A stretch of DNA of 64,000 bases from Syntrophales bacterium (GTDB taxonomy: Bacteria > Desulfobacterota > Syntrophia > Syntrophales > UBA2210): positions 64,001-128,000 of the forward strand of contig CAXXKT010000001.1 of the NCBI GenBank assembly GCA_963662405.2. Reading direction: 5' to 3'. Within the stretch, counting starts at the first letter, position 1, and every line of letters starts with the position of its first letter. Below, piece by piece: positions 30,314 to 39,999 of this stretch. The notes under the pieces are model-generated. The model was not told where the DNA came from, ran no database searches, and worked only from the letters and a program-made list of their open reading frames with translations. The translations under genes were made by a program, and so were the position numbers.

Positions 30314-32623
30314 ATGAAAAAACGCTATAACAATATTCTTGATCTGATCGGGGGTACCCCTCTCGTTGAGATCCGCCGTTTAAATCCCCACAAACACGTC
30401 ACCATCTATGCCAAAATGGAGGTGATGAATCCCGGTGGATCAATCAAGGACCGAACCGCTCTCGCTATGATAGAGAGGGCCGAGGAGAGGGGGGACCTCA
30501 CTCCTGGAATGATCATCCTCGAGGCAACCAGCGGCAACACCGGCATCGGTCTTGCGATGGTCGCGGCAGCAAAGGGGTATCGCCTGACCCTGATCATGCC
30601 CGAGTCGGCCAGCGAAGAGCGGAAAAAAACAGTAAAGGCCATGGGCGCCCACCTGCATCTGACCCCGGCCGAGCTGGGAACCGACGGCGCGATCGAGGTG
30701 GCGTACGAGATGCTCCGTGCTCATCCCGAACTATATTTCGCCACCGATCAGTTCAACTCCGAAGACAACATCATGGCCCACTACCACGGAACGGGGGAAG
30801 AGATCTGGGAGCAAACCGACCATCAGGTTACCATGGTCGTGGCAACCCTCGGGACATCCGGGACCGTTATGGGCATCTCCCGGAGGCTTAAAGAATACGG
30901 CAAAGATATAAAAATCGTCGGGGTTGAACCCTATCTCCACCACAAGATTCAGGGGCTCAAGAACATGAAGGAGTCATACCGGCCGGGTATCTTCGATAGG
31001 AACCTCCTGGATGAAAAGGTCAACATCCTGGATGAAGACGCCTTTGAGATGGCCCGGGCCCTGGCACGCACCGAGGGACTCTTCGTCGGCATGAGCTCCG
31101 GTGCGGCCATGCACGTGGCCCTCGAAAAGGCCCGGGAGATGAACGAGGGGGTGATCGTGGTCATCTTCCCCGACGGCGGTGAGCGGTATCTCAGCACATC
31201 CCTCTTTTCGGACCGTGAAGAGGTTTCTCTTCACCTGTACAACACGCTCACCCGGACCAAAGAACCCTTCAAACCGCGCAACGCCGATCAGATCCTGATG
31301 CACTCATGCGGACCAACCATGCACGAGGTGCCGCACATCGGGACATACCGCCGCTTCATCGTGGCGGACATGGTCGTCCGCTATTTGGAATTCAAGGGAT
31401 ATACGGTCAAACATGTCTCCAACATCATAGACCTGGCCGACCGATCCGTCCGCGGAGCCGAGAAGGCAGGCATGGATATCGGGGCCTTTACCCGCGGGCA
31501 CACCGAGACCTTTTTCAACGATCTCGCCACGCTCAATATCAATCATGATAATACCTACCCAACGGCGAGTGAAAACGTCGACGCTATGATCCAACTGACG
31601 GAGCAACTCGTGGAGAGAGGGTATGCTTACGAAAAGCTGCGGTCCGTGTATTTCGACATATCACGGCTCGAAGGCTACGGGACTTTGTCAAATATAGACT
31701 TGGCACACGTCCGCCATTCTCAGACAATCGACCAAGACGATTACGCAAAGGACAGCCCCGTCGACTTCAATCTTCTCAAGCGGTCTACTCTGGCTGAGCT
31801 GAAGGAGGGAATCTATTTTAAGACAAAGTGGGGAAACACCAGGCCCAGTTGGCACCTCGAGTGCGCAGCCCTCTCCATAAAGTATCTGGGGGAAACCTTT
31901 GATATCTACCTCAGTGGTACGGACATCATCTTCCCGCACTGCGAGAACGTCATGGCGATCGGCAAGGCCGCAACGGGGAAAAATATCGCGAACTACTGGC
32001 TCGCCTCCGAACTCGTCATGCTGGACGGCAAAAAGATGTCACGATCCCTGAACAACTTCTTCTCCGTGGTCGATCTCGAGAAGAAAGGATACACCGGGAA
32101 AGAGATCCGATATTTTCTCCTGAGTGCCCATTACAGAAAGCCTCTGTCCTTCTCATTCGGCGCACTGGATACCGCCTGTAACACAATCAAGAAACTGGAT
32201 ACCTTTATCCAGAGGCTCCTCCGGTTCTCCCCGGGGGGTGGTTACCCCGAGACGGATCAGCTCATATACGACGTCAGGAAGGGGTTTACCGAGGCAATGG
32301 ATGACGATTTCAACATCTCCGGAGCACTCGCCTCCCTGTTCGAATTCGTCAGGAAAATCAACATTCCTCTGGCGGCAAACCAACTGACCACACAGCAGAG
32401 GGACTTGATTCTTGCTATCATGCAGCGGATCAACTCCGTCCTTCTCGTGATGGATTTTCAGGAAAAGAGACTCAGTAGCGATGCCGCACTACTGATGAAG
32501 GAACGAGCAACGGCACGGGCCGCAGGCAACTGGGAAGAATCCGACCGCCTGCGCCGGGAACTTGATGCTCGGGGAATTTGCGTTCACGATACACCGGAAG
32601 GAACAACATGGACCGTCCGGTAA
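30314..32623 (+). CDS. Fusion: PLP cysteine synthase (CysK/CysM family) plus divergent cysteinyl-tRNA synthetase domain
   Basis: NPGGSIKDR, EATSGNTG, FPDGGERYLS then, in frame, LYNTLTR, CGPT..PHIG, RPSWHLEC, KMSRS, MDDDFN. Confidence 0.9.
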   Translation: MKKRYNNILDLIGGTPLVEIRRLNPHKHVTIYAKMEVMNPGGSIKDRTALAMIERAEERGDLTPGMIILEATSGNTGIGLAMVAAAKGYRLTLIMPESASEERKKTVKAMGAHLHLTPAELGTDGAIEVAYEMLRAHPELYFATDQFNSEDNIMAHYHGTGEEIWEQTDHQVTMVVATLGTSGTVMGISRRLKEYGKDIKIVGVEPYLHHKIQGLKNMKESYRPGIFDRNLLDEKVNILDEDAFEMARALARTEGLFVGMSSGAAMHVALEKAREMNEGVIVVIFPDGGERYLSTSLFSDREEVSLHLYNTLTRTKEPFKPRNADQILMHSCGPTMHEVPHIGTYRRFIVADMVVRYLEFKGYTVKHVSNIIDLADRSVRGAEKAGMDIGAFTRGHTETFFNDLATLNINHDNTYPTASENVDAMIQLTEQLVERGYAYEKLRSVYFDISRLEGYGTLSNIDLAHVRHSQTIDQDDYAKDSPVDFNLLKRSTLAELKEGIYFKTKWGNTRPSWHLECAALSIKYLGETFDIYLSGTDIIFPHCENVMAIGKAATGKNIANYWLASELVMLDGKKMSRSLNNFFSVVDLEKKGYTGKEIRYFLLSAHYRKPLSFSFGALDTACNTIKKLDTFIQRLLRFSPGGGYPETDQLIYDVRKGFTEAMDDDFNISGALASLFEFVRKINIPLAANQLTTQQRDLILAIMQRINSVLLVMDFQEKRLSSDAALLMKERATARAAGNWEESDRLRRELDARGICVHDTPEGTTWTVR

Positions 32624-32678
32624 AACTATTGGCCTCCAGGGATTGTCATCCTCACGGGCAGGCCGAAAGGGAATCTTT

Positions 32679-32984
32679 ATGAAATTTGTTTTGCTCATCG
32701 CCGCGCTGATTGCGGCCTACATACTCAGCCAGTGGGGTGTCATCATGATCACGAAGAGTGTCTGCAGACGTATTATTAAAGACCTTGATTCAAAAAGGGC
32801 ATACGCTGCGGATTCGGCCGTCTCTCTCCCCTATGCGCAGAAGAAAGGGCTGCTTCACATCGGTACGAGAGACTACAAACCGCAGGCTCTTCAGTATCTG
32901 GTACACAAAGGAATAGTCTGTGCGACGGATGACGGCAGGTTTTACCTTGACGCCGCAAAGTCACAGGATACTATCCGATTGTAG
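32679..32984 (+). CDS. Small hypothetical membrane-anchored protein
   Basis: Hydrophobic N-terminus MKFVLLIAALIAAYIL; AAAGGGAA upstream. Confidence 0.6.
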   Translation: MKFVLLIAALIAAYILSQWGVIMITKSVCRRIIKDLDSKRAYAADSAVSLPYAQKKGLLHIGTRDYKPQALQYLVHKGIVCATDDGRFYLDAAKSQDTIRL

Positions 32985-33040
32985 TCTCCCGGGCGCGCCG
33001 TGTCTTCTACAGAAAGCGCGTCCGTGTTCGATCATGTCCC

Positions 33041-33697
33041 TCAGCGGTGCTGTTTCACTCCCACCTTTTCACATAATCCGGAAACGGGGCACCGACTGCA
33101 CAGGGGCGAGACGGGACGGCAGGTCCCCCTCCCGAATGCCACCATGAGGGTATTATACCCCGTCCAATACCGTCGGGGAAGTTTTGCCCGCAGGGCATAC
33201 TCCGTTTCGTCAGGCCTTTTCGTCGTGACATATCCCAGCCGATTCGAGATCCGGTGTACATGCGTGTCCACACAGATTCCTTCCCCCCCGTATCCCAGCG
33301 TAACGACCAGGTTGGCGGTCTTTCTCCCCACCCCCTTAAGCGTCAGCAATTCGTCAATACTGTCCGGAACGCGGGACCCGTATCGATCAACCAGTTCACG
33401 GCAGACATGGAGGATCGTCCGAGCCTTGGTGCGATAGAATCCCACCGGGTAAATAACCTCGGCTATCTGTTCCGGCGAGAGTGCCAGCATCTCCTCCGGG
33501 GTCAAGGCCAGCTCAAAGAGCCGCCGGGTGGCCACCTCGGTCACTTCATCCTTGGTTCTCAGGCTGAGGAGCGTGGATACGAGGATCTGAAAGGGAGACC
33601 CCCTCTTCTCGGCCAATTCGGAAACGACGGGGAGCTTTTCTGAAGCGAGGGCCCTCGCTATGGTTTCGATAACGGTTATTATATGGGACTCTTTCAT
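33041..33697 (-). CDS. nth: Endonuclease III
   Basis: HhH LKGVGRKTAN, VDTHVHRISNRLG, C-x6-C-x2-C-x5-C. Confidence 0.94.
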   Translation of the reverse strand: MKESHIITVIETIARALASEKLPVVSELAEKRGSPFQILVSTLLSLRTKDEVTEVATRRLFELALTPEEMLALSPEQIAEVIYPVGFYRTKARTILHVCRELVDRYGSRVPDSIDELLTLKGVGRKTANLVVTLGYGGEGICVDTHVHRISNRLGYVTTKRPDETEYALRAKLPRRYWTGYNTLMVAFGRGTCRPVSPLCSRCPVSGLCEKVGVKQHR

Positions 33698-33754
33698 ACA
33701 CAACACTGACCGGCGGACGACATCCCCGTCCGGTCCTGCTACCGGTACCAAGGG

Positions 33755-34588
33755 CTATTCGTAGCCTTCTTCATCGGCAAGAATATCCAAGTGCAGCGTC
33801 GCAATATCCTCCACATCCAGGTTAGGTTCCTTCTCCGCCTTCCTGAAATCGACCGCCTTTATATATTTGTTGCAGACATTGCACACGTCGACCCGGTATT
33901 TTTCCTCGTTCTCGATCGTGAAATAGGCGAGGGTCTGCTGGTCCTCGTTCCCGCAGAAAGGACACCGTATGCGTTTAAACCGCCATTCAAATCCGCACTG
34001 ACCGCAGAAGAGAAAGCGTTGCCCCCCCTCTCCCTTGAGCTCCGATATCTTCGGTTCCCTGCCGCATATGGGACAGTACCCCTCGGCCCACTTCGATGCG
34101 GCGATGACGTCGCCGTATTTTTCAGAGAGAATCTCCAACGCCGGCCGCAGGCTTTCTTCAACAAGAAAGCCCAACAGATCGAAAACACCCTCCTCCTGCT
34201 CATCCGAGGTCTCCTCATCCTGTGGTATGGCAAAGGATTCGCGGACCATCTCACGATAGTCCAACTCACCGGTATTGACCCGGCAAATGATTTCACCGGT
34301 CTCTTCCAATGCCCTTCGCTGCGCTATCTCGAGGAGGGCGATAAAATACTCTTTCGGCTCTTGCAGTTCAAAGGTCCCCTCGGGAAAATCGACCAGGGGA
34401 AGTCCCCCTTCCAGCTTCTGCTGTATGAGCGACTCATCGACGTTGAATATATCCCGGTTAACCTTGCGACGGTATTCCTCCCGCAGGATCAGCACCTCTT
34501 CAAGGATATCGAGCAGTTCCTCGTAATGAGGATTCATATGTTTGTACCCGTCGATCATTTTCAGGGTATCTTTCAGTAGTTGTGCCAT
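33755..34588 (-). CDS. fdhE: Formate dehydrogenase accessory protein FdhE
   Basis: Four CxxC pairs (CPICG, CGQCG, CPFCG, CNVC); DIATLHLDILA; fdh context. Confidence 0.9.
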   Translation of the reverse strand: MAQLLKDTLKMIDGYKHMNPHYEELLDILEEVLILREEYRRKVNRDIFNVDESLIQQKLEGGLPLVDFPEGTFELQEPKEYFIALLEIAQRRALEETGEIICRVNTGELDYREMVRESFAIPQDEETSDEQEEGVFDLLGFLVEESLRPALEILSEKYGDVIAASKWAEGYCPICGREPKISELKGEGGQRFLFCGQCGFEWRFKRIRCPFCGNEDQQTLAYFTIENEEKYRVDVCNVCNKYIKAVDFRKAEKEPNLDVEDIATLHLDILADEEGYE

Positions 34589-34745
34589 GATTCACCTCGT
34601 ATGGGTTATGAAAGCGAAGTCCCCCTATATATGCTTTTCCCGGCAATTTCAAGCATTACTTATCCGAGCAGAAAGGGGCCTGCTCTCGATCGAACAGACC
34701 CCTTATATGCATGAACTCTTCACGCCTCAGGCGTGAAGGCTTTTC

Positions 34746-35384
34746 TTATTTTGAGACTTCCAGTTTTCCGGATTCTTCCATCTCCTTAAGCCATTTCGGA
34801 CACTGTTTCTCCGCCCAGGAACGTGTAACCCACCCCGTCAGGATGGCGGAAACGGAACCGGGGACACCAACGGTTCCCAGATACAGATGGATAAAGAAGA
34901 AGGGGAAGATCACCAAAAACCCGAGTGCATGGAGGGGGTACATCCACCGCACCAGCTCCACGGGGAGGCCCAGCGGGAACCACATAATCAACCCGGTGAT
35001 GATCATGATCACCCCGAAGAGCGCCACCGCCCAGAAGAAGGCCTTCTGTCCGGGGTTGTATTTCCCCGTCTCGGGAGGATTATCGACGTGCCACAGGTAC
35101 CCGCCTGCCACCTTGATCCACTCCAGGTCTTCGGGAAACTTGAATATACCCGCCTCCTTCCACCATATCGCTATGGCGAAGAGGAGCGACGGGATGAACA
35201 CGAGCCCGGAGAAGTTGTGGATCAGCTTGAGGGTCTTCAGCCCCCCAACCGGAATCGCGAGAAAATTGAATGCATGAAACATCATCCCCAGACCTGAAAT
35301 CATCAGGATCAGGCAGGAAAAGGCCATGCACCAGTGCACGATTCTCTCAAACCCATCGGACGCCTTTATCATTCCTTTTTTCAT
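34746..35384 (-). CDS. fdnI: Formate dehydrogenase gamma subunit (cytochrome b556)
   Basis: ERIVHW, GKYNPGQK, TM heme His residues, IHLY. Confidence 0.9.
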   Translation of the reverse strand: MKKGMIKASDGFERIVHWCMAFSCLILMISGLGMMFHAFNFLAIPVGGLKTLKLIHNFSGLVFIPSLLFAIAIWWKEAGIFKFPEDLEWIKVAGGYLWHVDNPPETGKYNPGQKAFFWAVALFGVIMIITGLIMWFPLGLPVELVRWMYPLHALGFLVIFPFFFIHLYLGTVGVPGSVSAILTGWVTRSWAEKQCPKWLKEMEESGKLEVSK

Positions 35385-35385
35385 C

Positions 35386-36180
35386 TTATTCGCCTCCTTC
35401 CTTGCTTACCTGATCCCCATCACCGCTGGTGTCCTTGGGCCCGTGGGTGATGTAGTGCAAGAAGGATCCTGCCAAAACACCGCCGGCTGCAAGCAGGCTG
35501 AGCGGCTTGAGCCAGTCCTTCCATGCGATAACGGAAAGGGGCACACGCGGTTTCTCGGGAAGCCTGTCATAGACGCCGGCCTTTCTCGGAAGGACATACA
35601 CCATGTGCGTCCCATCCACAAAGGTATCGCCATAGACGGAGGCGTCGCCGCCCAACTCCTTGGCCCGTGCATACGCCACCTTCAGCATCTCATTCTTGTC
35701 ACCGAAGCGCAGGGCGCCGGTGGGACAGGCCTTGACACAGGCCGGTTCCATCGCGTTGTCGATCCGGGAATAACACAGATCGCACTTGACGACCTTGTCG
35801 GTATCCGGATCGTATCGGGGCACTTCAAAGGGGCAGGCAAAGACGCATTCCTTGCAGCCGATACACTTGCTGTTGTCAAGGGCGACCGTACCGTACTTGG
35901 TATGGTAAAGGGCGCCGCTGGGGCAGACCTTGACACAGGCCGCGTCGGTGCAGTGCATACAGGCATCATGCCTGAACAGCCAGTCAACAGTGCCGTTATC
36001 GGATATCTCCTGGAACCGTATCACGTTCCACGTGTTCGGCTGGAGATCCGGCGGATTCTGATAGGAGCCGGTGTTGACGGTCTGCCTCGCCGGCAACTGG
36101 TTCCACTGCTTGCATGCCAACTGGCATCCCCGGCAACCGGTACACTTGGAAAGATCGCACAGTTTTATTTTCTCAGACAT
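35386..36180 (-). CDS. fdnH: Formate dehydrogenase beta (Fe-S) subunit with C-terminal TM anchor
   Basis: CTGCRGCQLAC, CMHC..AACVKVCP, CIGCKECVFACP, KCDLC..PACVKACP. Confidence 0.92.
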   Translation of the reverse strand: MSEKIKLCDLSKCTGCRGCQLACKQWNQLPARQTVNTGSYQNPPDLQPNTWNVIRFQEISDNGTVDWLFRHDACMHCTDAACVKVCPSGALYHTKYGTVALDNSKCIGCKECVFACPFEVPRYDPDTDKVVKCDLCYSRIDNAMEPACVKACPTGALRFGDKNEMLKVAYARAKELGGDASVYGDTFVDGTHMVYVLPRKAGVYDRLPEKPRVPLSVIAWKDWLKPLSLLAAGGVLAGSFLHYITHGPKDTSGDGDQVSKEGGE

Positions 36181-36183
36181 GGC

Positions 36184-39100
36184 TTACACCTCCTTCCTCT
36201 CGACATTTACCATGAAGGCCTTGCTCTCCGGGATCATGGTATTGGCATCCCCGATGAACGGAGTCACGATGTTGGCGGAATCACCGAAGGTAAAGACCTC
36301 CGGTTTCTTGTCACCATGGACGTATTCCCGCATCTTCGTGGTAATCCAGCCATAGTGCCACGGAATCCCGACCTCGTGAATCGTGTTGCCGTCGATAGTA
36401 AAGGGTTTCCACCGTTCCGTCACGATCGCCACGGCATCGACCGCTCCCCGCACTGACTTCACGGTAACGATTTCGCCGTTTTTGATCCCCTTATTCTTGG
36501 CGAGCTCCGTCCCCATCTCCACGAACATGGCGGGCTGCATCTCCGCGAGCCACGGGCACCAACGGGTCATAAGACCGGTCTGCCAGTGCTCGCTCACCCG
36601 ATAGGTCGAACAGATAATCGGAAACCGCGGATCACAGGTCGCCCGCGCATCCACGTTCGTCCCCGTGCCATCCTCGTCCCACCTCTTGATCGTCGGATTG
36701 ACAAATTGCGGGGACATGATGTTACTCTCGACGGGGCATTCCAAGGGCTCATAATGCTCGGGGAAGGGACCATCCGCCAGACCAGGACCGAAGATCGAAC
36801 CGACCCCGTGGGACTTCATGATGAAGGGGGGCCTTCCGGCGCCCGGTGCGGCAACACCGTCCGGCACATCGCCGGTCCACTTGGCACCGTTCCACATAAT
36901 AACGGGATGCTTGGTATCCCACGGTCTCCCCGTTTCCGGATCGACGGAGGCACCGTTGTAGATGATCCTGCGGTTGACCGGCCAGCACCACGCCCATTCG
37001 GAGTAGAGACCAATGCCGGATGTATCCTTCTTGCCCCGGCGGGCCGCCATGTTCCCCTTCTCGGTATAGGAGTTGCAGTAGAGCCAGTTCCCCGAAGAGG
37101 TGGAACCGTCATCCTGAAGGTAGGCAAAACTGGGAACCAGGGTGCCCTTCTTGTACAGCGTCCCCTTGATCTCCTTATCCTCGAGGAAGTAGCCGTTGAT
37201 CTCCTTGGCGATGTAGTGGGTGTCCAGGTGCCGGACCTTGCCGTCCACATCCTTGGGTCCGTAATCCCACGTCATCTTGGTGATCGCCTCTTTCAAGGGA
37301 CCACCCTCCTTCTCGTACAGTTCCTTGACCTTGTAGAAGAGTTCCGAGATGATCTCGCCGTCGGGAATGGCCATCCCCGGAGAATCGACCGCCTTGTAAC
37401 GCCACTGCATCCAGCGGCCGCTGTTGGTGATCGACCCCTCTTTTTCGATCGAGGCGGAGCAGGGGAGCATAAAGACCTCTGTCTTGATCTTCTTCGGGTC
37501 CATCCCGGGTCCCTTCCAGAAGGATCCGGTTTCGCTGTCGAAGATATTGACATTGACCATCCACTCCAGTTTTCCCATGGCCTCACGCGTTTTGTTGGAA
37601 CTGGCCCCGCTGCAGGCGGGGTTCTGCCCCCACGCGAAAAAGCCCGTGAACTGCTCCTTGTACATCTTGTCGAAGAGGGTCAGCCACGAATAGTTCTTGC
37701 CGTCATCCAGCTTCGGCAGATAGTTGTATGCCTCTTCCAGCGTTGCGTTCGTTCCATAGTGCGCGCGGAGGAGACTTGCCACATACTTCGGGTAATTCTT
37801 CCACCAGTTCAGACTCTTGGGTTCTACCGTCGAGGGCGTAAACTTCGCGTTATACGCGGCCAGGGTCGGCAGAGACGCCTTGGGGGTCTTCAGATACCCG
37901 GGGAGGATGTGGAAGAGGAGGCAGTGGTCGGTTGAGCCCTGGACATTGGACTCACCCCGGAGGGCATTGACACCGCCACCGGCGACTCCCATATTCCCCA
38001 GGAGGAGCTGAATGATAGACATCGTCCGGATATTCTGGACACCGACCGTATGCTGGGTCCACCCCATGGCATACATGATGGTACCCGCCTTCCCCACCGT
38101 GCCGGTCTTCGCATATTCCTTGTAGACCTCAAGCAGTTTCTCTTTGGGGGTCCCGGTGATCCGAGAGACGATCTCCAGATTGTACCGGGAATAGTGCCTC
38201 CTGAGAAGCTGATAGACGCAGTTGGGATCCTTCAGTGTCATATCCTTCTTGACGACACCGGCCAGATCCGTCTGAAAGGACCAGGAGGACTTGTCATACG
38301 TGGCGTCTTTGAGACCGGAGAAGACCCCATCGTTGTCTCCGGGGAGCTTGAAGTCGGGGTTCACCAGGAACGAGGCGTTGGTATAGTACTTGACATACTT
38401 TTCCTGGATCAGGTTGTTATCGAGGATATAATTGATCATACCACCTAGAAAGGCGATGTCACTCCCTGATCGGAGAGAGGCATAGATGTCGGCCTTCGAA
38501 GAGGTCTGTGTGAATCGGGGATCGACATTGATCAGCTTCGCGCCGTTCTCCATAGCCTTGGTAACGTACTTGAATGAGATGGGATGATTGGAAGCCGCGT
38601 TACTTCCCATGATTAACACACAATCACTGTACTGGATATCGATCCAGTGATTGGTCATTGCACCGCGTCCGAACGACTCTGCCAGAGCCGCAACAGTTGC
38701 GGAGTGTCAGATACGGGCCTGGTGTTCAATATATACCAGACCCAACCCCCTCAGGAATTTTTGATAGACGAAGCACTCTTCGTTATCCATGGCGGCACTG
38801 CCGACGGAGGCGATGCCGTTGGTCCGGTTTACCACCTGACCCTTCGCGTTTGTCGCGGTAAAACTCGCATCCCTGCTCTTTTTTATGTTGCGAGCAATCT
38901 TTTCGATCATCCATTCCCACGATTTTTCTTCCCACTTGTCGGAATAGGGCGCCCGGTAAAGAGGTTTGTCAAGACGGTTCTTATTGACGGAAAGCTGATA
39001 AATAGACCCTCCCTTGCTGCAGAGTGAACCTCTGTTTACCGGATGATCCGGATCCCCTTCCGTGTTGATGACCTTGCCGTTTCGGGCGGACACGATGATC

Positions 39101-39264
39101 CCGCATCCAACGGCACAGTAAGGGCAGATCGTGGTGGTTTCTTTCGCATATTTGATCTTCAACGGTTGCGCATGAGCCGCGACCGGCCTCAGATTGATGC
39201 CGATTCCACTCGCCATCAGCGCCGTACCGGAGATTTTCAAGAAACCTCTTCTGCTGACATCCAT
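36184..39264 (-). CDS. fdnG: Formate dehydrogenase alpha subunit, Tat-exported selenoprotein (UGA=Sec at 38707-38709)
   Basis: SRRGFLK Tat motif; CPYCAVGC; ORFs 38707..39273 and 36184..38658 are in frame across TGA: EHQARI-U-HSATVAALAESFGRGAMTNHW. Confidence 0.95.
38660..38706 (-). promoter_or_regulatory. Bacterial SECIS-like hairpin
   Basis: CGGCTC-TGGCA-GAGTCG stem-loop beginning about 16 nt 3' of the in-frame UGA. Confidence 0.7.
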
Positions 39265-39312
39265 AGCATACACTCCTTTCTAAAAAGTTTCGGTACTCAA
39301 GCGTCGACTATC

Positions 39313-39414
39313 CTCTCCTCTCCAAGCAGGGGAGGCATGGCCCTCTCCCACCATACCCATCGCCCACCATTCACGGGATCTCTTCTGTAGAAACAGAAGC
39401 AGTGGATCGGAGAA
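39313..39414 (-). ncRNA. Moco RNA motif-like riboswitch candidate (P3-less, tungsten-type variant)
   Basis: TTCTCCGAT...CCACTG/TGGTGG...GGGTATGGT..GCCATGCCTCCCCTGCTTGGAGAGGAG in the fdnG leader; resembles the motif's CUCC...GCCUCCC...GGAAAGGAG ends. Confidence 0.55.
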
Positions 39415-39786
39415 CAGCATTTTCACACGTATCTTGAACTATCTTATGATTGGCCGATGGAACAGTCTCCAATCACAAACCTACCCCGGAAATCAAGACT
39501 GACCACCGGTCATTTCATATAGTGTGGAATCTGCTTTGTCAAGACCTTTCTGGCAAAAGCACCAATAATTTCTATATCTTATGTCATGATTGACATAAGG
39601 TCACCGAACATATTACCCCCCCCCGCTGTCAAAGCGGATTTTTGTGCAATTGTCTGGCTTGTTTGTGGGAAACTACCAGCTCCATACTACGTCAGCGACG
39701 TTCCACCACCACTGTTAAACATATATCGTTTGTGCATATTTTTCGTATACGGCATCGGCATCCTCCCCGCGTGTGTGGCGGCATCT

Positions 39787-39813
39787 GTAACACGATAAAT
39801 TATTTCGTGATAT
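39787..39813. promoter_or_regulatory. Candidate NikR operator upstream of the hydrogenase promoter
   Basis: GTAACAC-N13-GTGATAT; same geometry as the sites at 53616 and 54091. Confidence 0.55.
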
Positions 39814-39837
39814 TTCGGTGCGATACGGCATTTTCCC

Positions 39838-39866
39838 TTGACATTCTGTCACAAAATACATATGTC
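39838..39866 (+). promoter_or_regulatory. Putative sigma70 promoter of the hydrogenase operon
   Basis: TTGACA-N17-TATGTC. Confidence 0.4.
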
Positions 39867-39999
39867 CCACTTGACATATCAGGTCCATGCCACCGCTCGG
39901 AATTGTCTGTTCGGCATGGGATGTGGTTTATCCGCCCCTCATTGAAGGCGGCTCAAGAGCTTCATCGGAATTACTTTTTACATATCGAAAGGGGGTAGT

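Noticed and set aside
36586..37935. Long antisense ORFs (this one, 42875..44125, 13217..14296, 12038..13012 and others)
   Set aside because: They lie opposite well-supported genes in GC-rich DNA and carry no motifs.
36184..39273. fdnG as two genes or a nonsense pseudogene
   Set aside because: The TGA is in frame at the catalytic Cys/Sec position and is followed by a SECIS-like hairpin.
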